A stretch of DNA of 64,000 nt, from contig NW_027117342.1 of assembly GCF_038025025.1 (NCBI RefSeq), positions 2,356,001-2,420,000 on the forward strand. The letters run 5' to 3'. A program made the translations under genes and the position numbers. Positions within the stretch are counted from its first letter, which is position 1, and the number at the start of each line of letters is the position of its first letter. Positions 62,613 to 64,000 of this stretch are shown piece after piece. A model generated the notes under the pieces. It had not been told where the DNA came from. It ran no database searches and was given only the letters and a program-made list of their open reading frames with translations. This DNA is from Phyllosticta citribraziliensis. Taxonomy: Eukaryota.

Positions 62613-64000
62613 ATGGCCGAGTCAAAGCCAGCAGCGCCTTTGTCGCCAGATTCTGGGCCTACTGATCCGCATCTTCCCAAGCTGCCCTCCGGCTGGATAG
62701 CCCAGTGGGATAGCTCGTACGTTGTCCGCCCTCGTTCCACCGCCGCTCCCTCGTCCGGATCGCTTTGTTCGGCTTACACGCATCTCGGCGCTGACCCTCT
62801 GCCTTTCCAGCTCGCGCAAGTACTACTACGTCCAGATCAGCACCGGAGTCTCGCAATGGGAGCTACCCACCAGCGAGGCGCCCGCCGGCCCCTCCAAGCG
62901 CCCCGAACAGATCCCGCCGCTCGAAAGTGAGGCCGGCCAAGAGCTCACAAGAGGCGCAAACGGAAGCGCAGCGGATTACTCTGGAGACCGCGGCTTGGGT
63001 GTAAGCCCCCTTCCGTGGGCGGCCGGTCTCAAATGAGACTTGCGAGAGGAGGTACTGACGCCGACTCTAGAGCACAGCATTGCACCTGCTCGCCGGCCAA
63101 CAGCATGGGAAGCAATCGTCTGGAATCGGCGGCCTCGCGTCATCCTTTCTCGGTGGTGGCTCACACGGATCCTCGCACGCACAATCGTCGAGTAGTCACA
63201 ACAGCGGCACTGGAGGTCTCGTCGGACAGCTCGCGAGCGGCCTTCTCGGAGGGTCCAAGCCGCATGCGCAGCAGCAGAGTCACGGAAACTCTACTAGCTC
63301 GCATCAGAGCGGGCTGAGTGGAGTCCTGGGTGGAATTTTGGGAAGCAGTCACAGCTCGGTTTGTTTTACCTTTGGCAAGCAAGTGCTTCGGTCTGATATT
63401 CTTTCGACAGAGCCAACAGCAGCAACAACAAAGTTACAGGTATTCCTCATCAGGCGCACCTTCGGGCGGCTACTCTGGCACGGCACCACCTGTGCAGTAC
63501 ACTCCTGGAAGCTCAGCTGGTCACACTCCCTCAGCAACCGGGGCTTACACTCCGAGCGGACCTCAGTATCCGGGCCAGCCGGGATATAACAACCACTACC
63601 CAGCGGCGTCTCCCCAACCAGGCCATGCACAATACCAAGCGGCGCCACAGTCTTCCTCGTTTGGACCAGGACAACCTGCTCAGGCATATGTTCCTCAGGG
63701 ACACAATTCGTTTCCGCCTCCGCCTCCCCAACACCAGACCTATGTGGCCTCATCGGCGAACATTTCTGCTCCTACACAGACCCAATTCGGACAAACAACT
63801 CAACATGACCACAGTCAAGGTGGCTACTTCAACCAACCGAGTTATGGGCAAGCAGCCTATGGGAACGGACAGTTCCAGCATCAACCGGCCCCTGTCGCTC
63901 CCGAAAGCTACGGCACAAGCACTACGCACGCGGCTCCGCCGTCATACGTGCAGAATGCGTCCCAAAGCGGCTTCACACAACAAGCGCCCCAACAAGCAGC
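62613..64000 (+). CDS. WW-domain protein with G/S/H- and Q/P/Y-rich low-complexity tail (3'-partial)
   Basis: LPSGWIAQWD/SSRKYYYVQISTGVSQWELP is a WW domain split by an intron. Further introns start near 63001 and 63359. The last exon stays open to the window end. Confidence 0.85.

Overview
Filamentous-ascomycete nuclear DNA in two sharply separated compartments. Bases 1 to ~31,550 are an AT-rich block, rich in TpA and poor in CpA and CpG. It holds nested Ty3/gypsy LTR-retrotransposon remnants degraded by repeat-induced point mutation (RIP); RT, RNase H, integrase and protease motifs are still readable between stop codons, and a ~4.4 kb segment occurs twice. From ~31,600 to 64,000 is GC-balanced, gene-dense DNA with these genes in order: a frameshifted APH/choline-kinase-like gene, a small Cys-rich ORF, eIF2D/Tma64, a cyclase-family hydrolase, YME2, BET1, an Apc15/Mnd2-like gene, a 59-aa membrane sORF, NADH-glutamate synthase GLT1, histone chaperone CHZ1, mitochondrial GTP/GDP carrier GGC1, Rab1/YPT1, and a WW-domain low-complexity gene that runs off the window. 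The best-supported unusual observation is in YPT1: its first intervening sequence reads as a spliceosomal twin intron ([D3,4] stwintron), where removing an internal intron assembles the GTAAGT donor of the outer intron. All calls come from reading the sequence by eye, and transposon boundaries are approximate.
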